Shown: piece by piece, positions 35,714-44,918 of the stretch
Position numbering within the stretch: the stretch's first letter is position 1
Layout of the letters: the number at the start of each line of letters is the position of its first letter
Made by a program: the position numbers and the translations under genes
The notes under the pieces: model-generated
What the model was told of the DNA's origin: nothing
Seen by the model: the letters and a program-made list of their open reading frames with translations, nothing else
Databases searched by the model: none
Assembly: GCA_045106895.1 (NCBI GenBank)
Contig: JBGCFM010000129.1
Span: forward strand, 1-50,626
Length of the DNA stretch: 50,626 nucleotides
Direction: 5' to 3'
Source of the DNA: Polyangiales bacterium
Lineage (GTDB): Bacteria; Myxococcota_A; Polyangia; Polyangiales; Houyiibacteriaceae

Positions 35714-37882
35714 ATGAAGATCTTTCGCTTACTAATTGCACTCGCCGTTGCGCTTGTGTCCCTGCCGGCTGCCGCGCAGCGGCCTATCCCTGTGAACATC
35801 ACCACGACGCCGGCTGGCGCGACGGTGTACGTCGACTCCGCCGACACGCCGGCGATCGGTGTCACTCCTCTGAGCCGGGTTCGGATTCCACGTGGCAGCC
35901 ACACGCTCATCTTTCGCTTGGAGAACCACTCCGAGGCCCAGCTCCCGGTCAACATTCGGCGCTGGAATGAGAGCTTCACTCAGGAGCTTGCGGCTCTTGG
36001 CGTCATCACCATCAGCGCCGGCAACCCGGACATGGCTGGCGCGGAAGTTCGCATCGACGGCGTCGCCCAAGGCGTTATCCCCGTGCGCGTCAACGTCGAA
36101 CCTGGCCGTCATCTGATCCAGATCGGAAAAGAAGGCTACGTGACGTACTCCCAGTGGGCCGAGGTCGCGGGGGGACAGATTTTCGCGCTTCCCGTCATGA
36201 TGCAGCGCGAGGCGCCTCGTACGGGCTCGCTCCTCATCGCGGGTGACGTCAGCGGAGCGGTCATCACCATCGACGGCACCCCGCGTGGAACGACGCCGGC
36301 TGTCATCGACGGCCTCGCCGAAGGTCAACACACGGTTTCCGTGGCTCCGGTCGCAGAAGGCCAGACTCCTTTCGAGCAGACGGTGCTCGTCACCGCCGGC
36401 GAGCGCGCTGTGGTTCACCCCACCATGCAACCTGCGCCTCCCGCTGGCGGCAGTCTTCGCATCTTGGCAAACGCCGAGGGCGCCGTGATTCGCCTCGACG
36501 GTGAGGTCCTCGGCAACGCTCCGGCGTCCCGCGATGACATCCCTCCCGGCGATCACATCATCGAGGCGTCGGCGCCTGGATATGACGCGCTTCAGCAGCC
36601 CGTCACCATCGAAGCCGGCCGTCAGCAGGTTGTCTCCTTGGCGATGGTCGCAGTTCAGCTCGCCCCCGGCGTCATCGTCGTCAACTCCGACGTCGACAAC
36701 GCCACCGTCACCGTGGACGGAACCGAGCGCGGTTCCACGCCCGTCGTTATCGAAGACGCGGAGCCTGGCGTTCACCCGATCATCGTGACCGCTCCCGGTC
36801 GCGCGACCTTCCGCACGACCTGCAACACGGCGCCCGGCGAAGACTGCCGCATCAACGCGGAGCTCGCGTCGGCGCCGGTGAACGTTGTCTTTCGCGCGAA
36901 CGTTGCGGAGAGCACGCTCTTCGTCGACGGTGAAGAAATCGGCCCCGTTCCTTACGAAGGCACGCTTCCAGCAGGGAGCCGCCAGCTTGAAGTCCGCGCT
37001 GAGGGATACCGGACGTACCGCGCGCAGGTTGTCCTCGAGCAGGCCGCCGAGCCCCGAGCCTTCGACGTATCGCTTATCGGCAACGACGAGCTGACCCCGG
37101 ACGAAATCGCCGAGCTCGAAGGCGACCGCGAAACACGCCACCGCCAGGCAGTGGCACGTAGTGGTGGTCCCCTTGACGACGACTTCGCCATCCTCGACTT
37201 CTCCGTGGGCTGGCCCTACCTCTTCGAAGGGCGACTCGGAATCGGCATCTTGCCTTGGCTTGAAGCCGGCGTCGCGATCCGAACCTTCGTTCGCCTCACC
37301 GAGTTCGAAGCCCGCGTGAAGGCCGGTTACCGCGTCGCACCACAGTTCTCCGCCGGCGCTCAGTTCCGCATCGGTGGCGGCATCGGACCTTCCTTCGGCG
37401 CGACGGACCAAGAGGAGAGCTTGACGGGACCCACCGTCGAGGCCGCCGCACACAACGCCAACACGTTCTTCTTTAGCCTTGAAGCGCTCGGTACCTTGCA
37501 CTTCACACGTGCTGGCAACTTCACGCTCTGGGCGGCCCTCGACTTCCACAGCGACCGCTGGGACTACAACGGCAGCAACAACGACTGCCCCGGCCTCATC
37601 TGCGATGAAGATGGACCCACCGTTTACACCGACGCCGACCGGACGATGCAGGCGACGGACCGCGATGGTTTCTTCAACGATCGCCAGAGCGTCGCTCGAT
37701 TCCGTATCGGTGGCTCCCTCGAGTTCATCGTCGCGCAGAACTGGAACGTCTGGGGCAGCTTCGAAGGCGTCTTCGGCGACAACCGGCGCGTCCTCGGCGA
37801 CATTTTTGGCCTCGGCAACGAAGACATCAGCATCTACGCGCGACTTGGTCTGACGTACAAGTTCGACTACGCCGGCGAGTAG
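35714..37882 (+). CDS. PEGA-domain protein (six PEGA repeats) with C-terminal beta-barrel
   Basis: AGGA RBS, signal peptide AAA|Q, six repeats of GAxVxxDG..GxTP...GxH, then amphipathic strands ending YARLGLTYKF. Confidence 0.88.
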   Translation: MKIFRLLIALAVALVSLPAAAQRPIPVNITTTPAGATVYVDSADTPAIGVTPLSRVRIPRGSHTLIFRLENHSEAQLPVNIRRWNESFTQELAALGVITISAGNPDMAGAEVRIDGVAQGVIPVRVNVEPGRHLIQIGKEGYVTYSQWAEVAGGQIFALPVMMQREAPRTGSLLIAGDVSGAVITIDGTPRGTTPAVIDGLAEGQHTVSVAPVAEGQTPFEQTVLVTAGERAVVHPTMQPAPPAGGSLRILANAEGAVIRLDGEVLGNAPASRDDIPPGDHIIEASAPGYDALQQPVTIEAGRQQVVSLAMVAVQLAPGVIVVNSDVDNATVTVDGTERGSTPVVIEDAEPGVHPIIVTAPGRATFRTTCNTAPGEDCRINAELASAPVNVVFRANVAESTLFVDGEEIGPVPYEGTLPAGSRQLEVRAEGYRTYRAQVVLEQAAEPRAFDVSLIGNDELTPDEIAELEGDRETRHRQAVARSGGPLDDDFAILDFSVGWPYLFEGRLGIGILPWLEAGVAIRTFVRLTEFEARVKAGYRVAPQFSAGAQFRIGGGIGPSFGATDQEESLTGPTVEAAAHNANTFFFSLEALGTLHFTRAGNFTLWAALDFHSDRWDYNGSNNDCPGLICDEDGPTVYTDADRTMQATDRDGFFNDRQSVARFRIGGSLEFIVAQNWNVWGSFEGVFGDNRRVLGDIFGLGNEDISIYARLGLTYKFDYAGE

Positions 37883-37907
37883 CTGCAGACCCATCTGCCT
37901 CGTTTAG

Positions 37908-37940
37908 AAACGCCCACCTTTTTGGTGGGCGTTTTCGTTT
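37908..37940 (+). terminator. Intrinsic terminator
   Basis: AAACGCCCACC-TTTTT-GGTGGGCGTTT followed by TCGTTT, 25 nt after the PEGA stop. Confidence 0.85.
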
Positions 37941-37954
37941 AACGCGAATGTGTC

Positions 37955-37980
37955 GGAACTTTCCGGATAGACGCAGGTCC
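37955..37980 (+). promoter_or_regulatory. Possible ECF-sigma promoter
   Basis: GGAAC-N17-GTC just upstream of ATG 37988; motif match only. Confidence 0.3.
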
Positions 37981-37987
37981 GTTCGCC

Positions 37988-38659
37988 ATGCGCTTTGTAC
38001 TAATATTGGGCCTTCTCCTCTCTGGGACGGCCCGCGCTCAAGAAATCAACGCGGACGAGGTCGTTCGCAACGCGCGTGCGGAACGTGCACGGGCTCGGTG
38101 TTTGCTGCGAGCAGCGGGGCGGAGTGAGCGCTTGGCGGCGCGTTACCGGCGCGCGCGCGGGTCTTCGGCTCGAAGTCGACTTGGCGCGCAGATCGAAGCC
38201 GTTGATGCTGAGAAGCAGGCATGCATGCGGAACGTCGACTCGGAGTTCGGCGCGAGCATTGGGACTGGAACACCGTCGGTGCCGCGCGCCCATGCTCCAC
38301 ACCACGTGGTCGTTCGTAGTCACATCGCCTCATCACCCACCGACGATATCCGCGAGCTTCGCCGAATGTGGGCTCTTTCCCGCGGGCGGCTTCGGCGCTG
38401 TGTGCAACGAGCCTTCAACGTCGACCCCACACCGTTCGAAGAGTTCGCTGTGCGCTACGTCGTCACAGCGGAGGGAAGGGTGAACACGCTGGAAGGGGTG
38501 CCAGCTCGCCTGGAGTCTTGCTTGGCGTTCCTTCTCCGCGAGCGCCACCCCGAAGCTGCATGGGGCATGAACGTCCGCATCGTCATTCGTGCTCGCCTCG
38601 AAGAGCGGGCTGTTCGAGATGCGACGGCGGTCGACTTTCCGAATCGCGCTGAACGCTGA
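37988..38659 (+). CDS. Exported basic protein with AgmX/PglI-C-terminal (TonB-C-like) domain
   Basis: Signal peptide ARA|Q; LRRCVQRA..DP...VRYVVTAEGRV...LESCL. Confidence 0.55.
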   Translation: MRFVLILGLLLSGTARAQEINADEVVRNARAERARARCLLRAAGRSERLAARYRRARGSSARSRLGAQIEAVDAEKQACMRNVDSEFGASIGTGTPSVPRAHAPHHVVVRSHIASSPTDDIRELRRMWALSRGRLRRCVQRAFNVDPTPFEEFAVRYVVTAEGRVNTLEGVPARLESCLAFLLRERHPEAAWGMNVRIVIRARLEERAVRDATAVDFPNRAER

Positions 38660-38715
38660 GTGCGTCGGCTTCAGCTAGCGTCATAAGCTCATGATAAAGT
38701 CATGGTCATGACTCC

Positions 38716-38743
38716 GTCCCCATCGCCTTGTCCCCATCGCCTT
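38716..38743. repeat. 14-bp tandem duplication GTCCCCATCGCCTT x2
   Basis: Exact copies at 38716-38729 and 38730-38743 between convergent genes. Confidence 0.85.
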
Positions 38744-38747
38744 AGGT

Positions 38748-41249
38748 CTAGAAGCGTGTGAAGCCGGGAGCTCGGCCATCTACCAAGTTCGCCGCTTCGC
38801 TGACGGGGCTGACGCGGAAGTCGCCGCCTTCAGGGTCGATGAAGATTGGGGCGGCGTCGGTGACGTCAGGGCTGGCGCCGATGGCCCCCGGGAAGACGCT
38901 GCGGTCGACGCGGAACGTGGACACGTCGTAGTGCCGGTAGGCGTTCTCGGGGTTGGCGTAGACGATGGAGTCCCGCACGGCCATGGTCATATGGCTTCCA
39001 TCACTGAAGCTCGTCCGCCCGCCTTGAGTACCAAAGAAGAGTCCGTGGTTGGCGTTGTGGGCGATGGTGCTGTTCAGTACGGAGAAGAGGACGTCGGGGA
39101 AGACCTCTGATTGAGGATCATTGTCGTCTGCTTTGATGCCGAGGTTGCGGTTGAACACGCTGAGCACATTGTCCATGACGGAGTTGCCGCCAGCGAGGCT
39201 CATGCCTTTGTCCGCCCAGCCGTAGATGATGACGTTGCGCAAGATGGGGCTCATGTCCGCAGTTTCATCGCCGACGAACGCAAAGGAAAACTGGGTGTCG
39301 ACGCCGTCGTCGTCGCCGTCGGCGAGGACCAGGCCGTCGACGTCGACGAGGGTCTCCGGGTAGGGCGCGCCGCAGGTGGTCGTGCAGACGTCGACGCGCA
39401 CAGCGCAGCACTGACCCACCTTCCAAAAGTAGATGCCGTCGTTGTCGTCGATGCCGCGGACTTCGCTGATCCAGAGGTCGTCGATGTCGACGCTTTCTGC
39501 TTCAAACTCAGGGCCCATGCCCACGCGCTGGACGGCGCAGCCGCTGAGGGTGACGTCGCCGTTGCTGATCATCAGGGCTTTGTTCGTCGTGTCGCCGATG
39601 ACGCTTTCTTCCATCACGAAGGTGCCCTCTTCGACATAAAGAACCGGCGGACAGCAGTGCTTCCAGCGGCCATAGGAGTACTCGTCGGCGTGGTTGCCGC
39701 CCCCTGCGATAAAGGCGTAGCGGTAGGTGTAGTTGCCGCCGGCGCCGCCGTTGCCACCGCGGTGATGAATCTGCGACCAGGTCTCGCCGCCGGCGACACC
39801 AAAGATGCTCACGGGCTCTTCGCGCGTGCCGAGGACTTCGATGTCCCCATCGATGACGAGGAGCGCGCCTTCGGCCATGCGAACCAAGGTGCCAGCGGCG
39901 ATGGAGAGCGTCGCGCCGGCAGGTACCGTGGCGGTACCGCTGACTTGAATGACGCCGTCGCTGGAGTCCCACATGAGGTCCGTGACGACGCCGGTGAGAG
40001 GTGCGCTCGCGGGCGGCGCCAAGACGTCCACGGTGAAGGTCTGGCGGAAGCCCATGAGCTGCACTTCGTAGTCGGCAGGGCCGCTGCCCGTGGGGGCGAA
40101 GGAAGCGACGCCGACGCCGCTGTACGAAAAGAACGGAATGTTGAGAGCGCCGCGGACGAGCTGACCTTGGCGGCGGAAACTCAAGCGGTCGATGGTTCCG
40201 TCAGGCCCGGTGATCTCAGCGCGGATCTGTTGTGTGTCGCCGGCGACCATTCGCGCCGGGGTCACCAGCTCCATCTTGGCGATGCAGGCGTGTGCCTGCA
40301 CGCTCCCGAGGCCGTACACGTCCACGACTCCGTCAGCGCCGGCGATGGCGAGGTGTTCGCTACCGACGGCAATGCGTGAGGAAGCGCGCGGGAGGGTAAC
40401 GCGGAAGACCTCGCGGAGCGCCGTGGGGTGCATGATGACGAGGTCGGACTCGCCGGCTCCGCTCGTCAGCACATAGAGGTACCCATAGCGGTCCAAGGCG
40501 AGGCTCTGGGCTCCCGGAATGTCCAGGTGGGCGATGTGCCCGAGGTTCGAGTGCAGAAAGACCTCCACGCCGGTGTCGCTCGCGACGAAGAGGTGGTCCC
40601 GCGCTTCGTCGAGGGCGACGTCCTTGGGGTCTACGTTGCCGCGCTCGCCGACGACTCCATCGGCGAGATAGGTGGTGCTGCCGCCGCGGAGAAGCGCGAC
40701 GCGCTCAGGCGTGGCGACGAAGATGTGTCCCGACGCGTTCACGTCGACGCCGCGCGCCTCGGTGAACTCTCCCGCGACGGTGTCGCGCATGGAGAGGTCA
40801 CGCTCAAAGATACGCGTACTCCCATTCGCCGCGACGTAGATTCGCCCGTTGCTTCGTCCGCGGAGGGCGCCGCCGCCGAGTGATGTCGGTTGAGGCGCGA
40901 CCATGTCCCCGAGGGCTTGCAGGTCTTCGCTCGCGGGGTCGAGCGTGAAGACGCCGTCCGCCGTCGAGGCGTAGATGATGGCGCGCTGCTCTGCTGCGTT
41001 CTCTGCGGGTCCAAACGGCGAGCCGCCGGCGACGGCGATGTCGACGGGTTCGGCACCGAGGGTCGCGCTGAAGGCGGGGAGGGGAAACTCATCGCCTTGG
41101 GTGCACTCAAACCCCGGCGGCGGAATCATACCACCGTCGAAGAGGGGGCCGCCATCGGCAGGCGTCCCCGCGTCGAACGGAGGAGGTGTCGTGTCATCGC
41201 CGCAGGCGGAGAGGGCGGTCGGACACGAGAGCGAAGCTATGAAGCGCAT
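38748..41249 (-). CDS. Probable lipoprotein with beta-propeller and right-handed beta-helix domains
   Basis: LSAC-GDD; blades ARGVDVNASGHIFVA, PKDVALD, AQSLALDRYGYLYV; VPAGATLSIAAGTLV..GTREEPV, DDNDGI, GDDDGVD, DKGMS; APIFIDPEGGDFRV. Confidence 0.75.
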   Translation of the reverse strand: MRFIASLSCPTALSACGDDTTPPPFDAGTPADGGPLFDGGMIPPPGFECTQGDEFPLPAFSATLGAEPVDIAVAGGSPFGPAENAAEQRAIIYASTADGVFTLDPASEDLQALGDMVAPQPTSLGGGALRGRSNGRIYVAANGSTRIFERDLSMRDTVAGEFTEARGVDVNASGHIFVATPERVALLRGGSTTYLADGVVGERGNVDPKDVALDEARDHLFVASDTGVEVFLHSNLGHIAHLDIPGAQSLALDRYGYLYVLTSGAGESDLVIMHPTALREVFRVTLPRASSRIAVGSEHLAIAGADGVVDVYGLGSVQAHACIAKMELVTPARMVAGDTQQIRAEITGPDGTIDRLSFRRQGQLVRGALNIPFFSYSGVGVASFAPTGSGPADYEVQLMGFRQTFTVDVLAPPASAPLTGVVTDLMWDSSDGVIQVSGTATVPAGATLSIAAGTLVRMAEGALLVIDGDIEVLGTREEPVSIFGVAGGETWSQIHHRGGNGGAGGNYTYRYAFIAGGGNHADEYSYGRWKHCCPPVLYVEEGTFVMEESVIGDTTNKALMISNGDVTLSGCAVQRVGMGPEFEAESVDIDDLWISEVRGIDDNDGIYFWKVGQCCAVRVDVCTTTCGAPYPETLVDVDGLVLADGDDDGVDTQFSFAFVGDETADMSPILRNVIIYGWADKGMSLAGGNSVMDNVLSVFNRNLGIKADDNDPQSEVFPDVLFSVLNSTIAHNANHGLFFGTQGGRTSFSDGSHMTMAVRDSIVYANPENAYRHYDVSTFRVDRSVFPGAIGASPDVTDAAPIFIDPEGGDFRVSPVSEAANLVDGRAPGFTRF

Positions 41250-41257
41250 GCTTCTGC

Positions 41258-41608
41258 CTAGCATGGCCAACGTTTACTGGGCACCTGCGAGGTTTGTTCG
41301 CTTTCGCGTGCGCCCGGCCCCCGTTCGCTTTCGGCGCTCCGAAGGTAGGGAATACTGAGCACCCACGCGAGAGGGCCCAAGCCGAGGGCGAAGAGCGCGT
41401 AGGTGTCGCCGGAAAGAGCGCCACCGATCCCGAGCACGAGGGAGATGATGATGGCGAACATGCGGAAGGCGTGCCCTCGCCGAGCGAGCTGACATGGCAT
41501 GCAGCGGGCGACCCCGTCGTCGAGGCGGAGGTTGAGCGCGGCGGAGTTCTTGTGGGCCACGCTCACGTTTCCGCATGGACACATCTTCTCTCCCGACTCG
41601 TCTGTCAT
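41258..41608 (-). CDS. Small membrane protein with N-terminal CxC...CxxC
   Basis: CPCG...CMPC followed by two TM helices. Confidence 0.55.
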   Translation of the reverse strand: MTDESGEKMCPCGNVSVAHKNSAALNLRLDDGVARCMPCQLARRGHAFRMFAIIISLVLGIGGALSGDTYALFALGLGPLAWVLSIPYLRSAESERGPGARESEQTSQVPSKRWPC

Positions 41609-41672
41609 ACTTCTCGTGCTGAGAGTATCGCACGGCGAGGTCGACGTCCCCAAACAGTCGTGCCCGAAAGGT

Positions 41673-42284
41673 TCACGGGAGAACCAGACTCATCGCGATT
41701 TCGACGAGATCTGTTTCGCTCGCCTCTGGGTGCCGACGCTTCAGGCTTCGCTCTTTCCGAAGTAGGCAGAGACCATGAATAAGGGCCCAAAGGGCCGTAC
41801 TCACTGTGATCGTGTCAGCGTCGGGCTTCCAACCTGCAGCCTGGAAAGAGTAGACCACTTTGGCAAACTCGGCGTAGGCCGCGTTGGATGCCGCCACGAA
41901 GCGTTCGTCATCATGGTTGATGATTTCAGGGCGAAACATCGCCTCGTAGTGCGCAGGGGAGCTCGCTGCGAAGCCGACATAAGCCACACCCAATTCGCGG
42001 AGAGTCGCTCCCTTTTCGCTCTTTGCACCGACGTCGTGGAGCCGACCGAGAAGCAGTTCAAAGCCTTCGATGGCGATGGTGGTGATGAGACCAGCCTTGC
42101 TTCCGAAGTGGTGGGCGGGGGCGGCGTGAGACACGCCCACGGCGCGGGCAACAGCCCGCAAGCTTAGAGCGTCGTAACCGGTTTGAGCGTGGCAAGCGAT
42201 CGTGGCGTCGAGGAGGGCCCGTCGAAGATCCCCATCGTAGCTCTCACCCGCGCGCCGTGATTTGGTCGTAGAAGCCTTCGCCAC
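41673..42284 (-). CDS. TetR/AcrR-family regulator (WHG-type C-terminal domain)
   Basis: LSLRAVARAVGVSHAAPAHHFGSK HTH; GVAYVGFA..P..YEAMF; LWALIHG. Confidence 0.93.
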   Translation of the reverse strand: MAKASTTKSRRAGESYDGDLRRALLDATIACHAQTGYDALSLRAVARAVGVSHAAPAHHFGSKAGLITTIAIEGFELLLGRLHDVGAKSEKGATLRELGVAYVGFAASSPAHYEAMFRPEIINHDDERFVAASNAAYAEFAKVVYSFQAAGWKPDADTITVSTALWALIHGLCLLRKERSLKRRHPEASETDLVEIAMSLVLP

Positions 42285-42345
42285 GTATCCCGCACGGTAT
42301 CATCGACCTGAAGCAAACGGGCGTTGGACACCGGGGAATTTGAAT

Positions 42346-42357
42346 TTGACACTGTCA
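42346..42357. promoter_or_regulatory. Putative TetR operator overlapping a TTGACA -35 hexamer
   Basis: Palindrome TGACA-C-TGTCA (42347-42357) in the 97-bp divergent intergenic region. Confidence 0.6.
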
Positions 42358-42381
42358 TAATGCTCCGTTACCACCTTGAAC

Positions 42382-44811
42382 ATGAACAGCCGGAAGACAA
42401 CTATGTTCGGGCCCTGCGTGCTTGCTGCTCTGCTTGTCGGAGGACTGCTAGCCTGTGGGTGTAAGAGTGATGAGCCGGTCTCTGACGCCGGCCCAGTGGA
42501 CGCGGTCATCGATGGTGTCTCCGATGCACGGGAGGCGCGCACCTACGCCGCCAACATCACGAGGACGACGGACCACGTTGCTCACATCGTTGCGGGCGAT
42601 GTCGGGTCGTTGGGCTTCGGGCTGGGGTACGTCACCGCGGAGGACCATCTGTGTAAAGTGGCGGATGGCGTTCTTTGGGGACGCAGCGAGTTTTCTCGGT
42701 TTCACGGTCGGGGAATCGACGACGTTAATCTGCATCGAGACCTCACCTACAAGTCCCTAGACCTCTATGGGCGCGCGCGCCGTGCCGTGGATGGTGGCCC
42801 GGAGGATATCCGTGAGCGCCTACGAGGGTATGCCGCGGGCTACAACGCGTACCTTGAAGAAGTCGGCATGGATGGTGTGTCCGGCTGGTGTGCCGGTGGA
42901 GCATGGCTCCGGCCCATTGATGAATACGACGTCGCGGCCTTCCACGTCGTTCTCGGGACTTCGCCGTCGGTCGGACCGTTTGCTTCGTTCATTGCCACGG
43001 CCTCTCCGCCTGGCGAAGCGGGCACGCGACAGGTGCTCCCGATGCCGCCACCTCCAAGCGACGGCAGCAACTCTTGGGCCATTGGGCGTGAGCGAAGCAC
43101 AGGGGGAACTGCGATGCTTATGGGCAACTCCCACCTCTCTTGGGAAGACCGACTGCACTACCACGAAGTTCACCTCACGATTCCCGGTCGTCTCAACGCC
43201 TACGGCGCAACGATCGTCGGTTTTCCAGCGATTGTTCACGGCTTCAACGAGCACACGGCGTGGTCCATTACGGTTTCGAACGGCCAGCGCTTTACAGCCT
43301 ATATTGTCGATTTGGTTCCCGGAGAACCGACCTCATACGTCTACGGCGGCGAAGTTCGCGCGATGAGCTCGCGAGAAATTGCGGTGGATGTTCTCCGCGA
43401 CGACGGAAGCCTTGAGACGGTGACTCAAACCATGTGGTCCACTCACTATGGCCCTGTTCTTTCGCTTCCAGGAGTCGGTTGGAACTCCGCCCTTACAGTC
43501 ACAATTCGGGACGGCAACGAAGAGCTCTCCGCCGCCGGTGGGCTTTTCCAAAGGATGAACGAAGCGGAGGACATCGACGACATCGTCGCCGCGCACCGCA
43601 CGGGAGGCGGGATGATCGCATTCAATACCATCGCTGCCGACGATTCGGGAGAAGTGTGGTTTGGTGACACCGCCGCGACGCCGAACCTCTCGGAGGCAGC
43701 CATCGCTGCTTGGCGCGAACGTTTGGGCTCTGACTTTCTTACTCAAGCTGCAAGCAACAACGGTTTCGTGCTGCTGGATGGCTCGAACCCCCGCGACGAA
43801 TGGGTTGATGACCCCGCAGGAATAAGGCCGGGGCTCCTGCCTTTCGATCGCCTCCCACAGCTCCGCCGCACGGATTATGTCTTCAACGCCAATGATTCAT
43901 ATCGCTGGACGAATCCCGAGGTTCGCCTCGAAGGGTATTCACCTCTCCACGGCAACCCGAACCGGGTTACGCCGCGCACGCGAATGAACGCCATCGAGTT
44001 GAGCGCAGACCAGGGCGGAGCCGGCGACGACGGTCTCTTTACCCTTGACGAGCTGCGCGCAAGTGCTCTTTCGAATCGTGTGCTCACCGCCGAACTGCTG
44101 GTTAGTCAGCTCGTTGAGCGCTGTACGGCGACGCCCACCGTCGACGTCGATGGGGAAATCGTGGATCTGACGGAGGCCTGTACTGTACTCGCTGCCTGGG
44201 ATCGACGGGTGGACCTTGAGAGCCGTGGCGCGATCTTGTGGCGTGAGTTCGTCACCCGCGCAGAGACGAGTTTGCTTTTTGCGGACGCCATGGATCCAAT
44301 GGATTACGTACACACACCTCGGCAGCTCACGACCTCGGACGTCGCACTTCCGCGCTTGGCGCAAGCCGTCAAAACGCTCCAGGATGCCGGTCACCGCCTC
44401 GACGTGTCCGTCGGCGAAATACAGTTCGCGCAGCGCGGATCCACGCGGGTTCCAGTGCATGGTGGCGAATTCGGCACAGGTGTCACAAACCGTGTGAATC
44501 ACCGGCCCTCGAACCAGACGAGTGAGCCGGCGAGCCCTGCCGGCGATTTAGTCGAAGGCTCGCGAACGCTCCGCACCGATGGGTATCCCATCTCTGGCGG
44601 GACGAGTTTTCTGCTCGCTGTGGAACTCGGCGCAGACGGGCCCCGCGCCTCGGCGATTCTTGCGTATGGAAACACCGGCGACCCGGCGTCTCCGGACTAT
44701 GTGACGCAAACCAGGAGACTTGCCGAAAAAAACTGGCGAACGGTCTCGTTCACGGACGCCGCCGTCGCGGCTGATAGGGTACGGGAATACACCGTTGGCC
44801 GTGGCGACTAA
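42382..44811 (+). CDS. Penicillin acylase-family Ntn-hydrolase (AHL/aculeacin acylase-like), lipoprotein
   Basis: AHIVA..LGFGLGY..AEDH, GYAAGYNAY, autoprocessing site G|SNSWAIG, GFNEHTAW, THYGP, NANDS; LAC/GC lipobox. Confidence 0.9.
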   Translation: MNSRKTTMFGPCVLAALLVGGLLACGCKSDEPVSDAGPVDAVIDGVSDAREARTYAANITRTTDHVAHIVAGDVGSLGFGLGYVTAEDHLCKVADGVLWGRSEFSRFHGRGIDDVNLHRDLTYKSLDLYGRARRAVDGGPEDIRERLRGYAAGYNAYLEEVGMDGVSGWCAGGAWLRPIDEYDVAAFHVVLGTSPSVGPFASFIATASPPGEAGTRQVLPMPPPPSDGSNSWAIGRERSTGGTAMLMGNSHLSWEDRLHYHEVHLTIPGRLNAYGATIVGFPAIVHGFNEHTAWSITVSNGQRFTAYIVDLVPGEPTSYVYGGEVRAMSSREIAVDVLRDDGSLETVTQTMWSTHYGPVLSLPGVGWNSALTVTIRDGNEELSAAGGLFQRMNEAEDIDDIVAAHRTGGGMIAFNTIAADDSGEVWFGDTAATPNLSEAAIAAWRERLGSDFLTQAASNNGFVLLDGSNPRDEWVDDPAGIRPGLLPFDRLPQLRRTDYVFNANDSYRWTNPEVRLEGYSPLHGNPNRVTPRTRMNAIELSADQGGAGDDGLFTLDELRASALSNRVLTAELLVSQLVERCTATPTVDVDGEIVDLTEACTVLAAWDRRVDLESRGAILWREFVTRAETSLLFADAMDPMDYVHTPRQLTTSDVALPRLAQAVKTLQDAGHRLDVSVGEIQFAQRGSTRVPVHGGEFGTGVTNRVNHRPSNQTSEPASPAGDLVEGSRTLRTDGYPISGGTSFLLAVELGADGPRASAILAYGNTGDPASPDYVTQTRRLAEKNWRTVSFTDAAVAADRVREYTVGRGD

Positions 44812-44918
44812 ACAAGATGAGTCCAATCGGACAGAGTCTTCTGAGGCAGGCCAGTGCACCTTCTTCGAAGATGTCGTAATTTTTCCCATGGTGGCAAAAA
44901 GAGGGGACTTGTAACTTC

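Noticed and set aside
35732..37894. 720-aa minus-strand ORF
   Set aside because: Antisense shadow of the PEGA gene.
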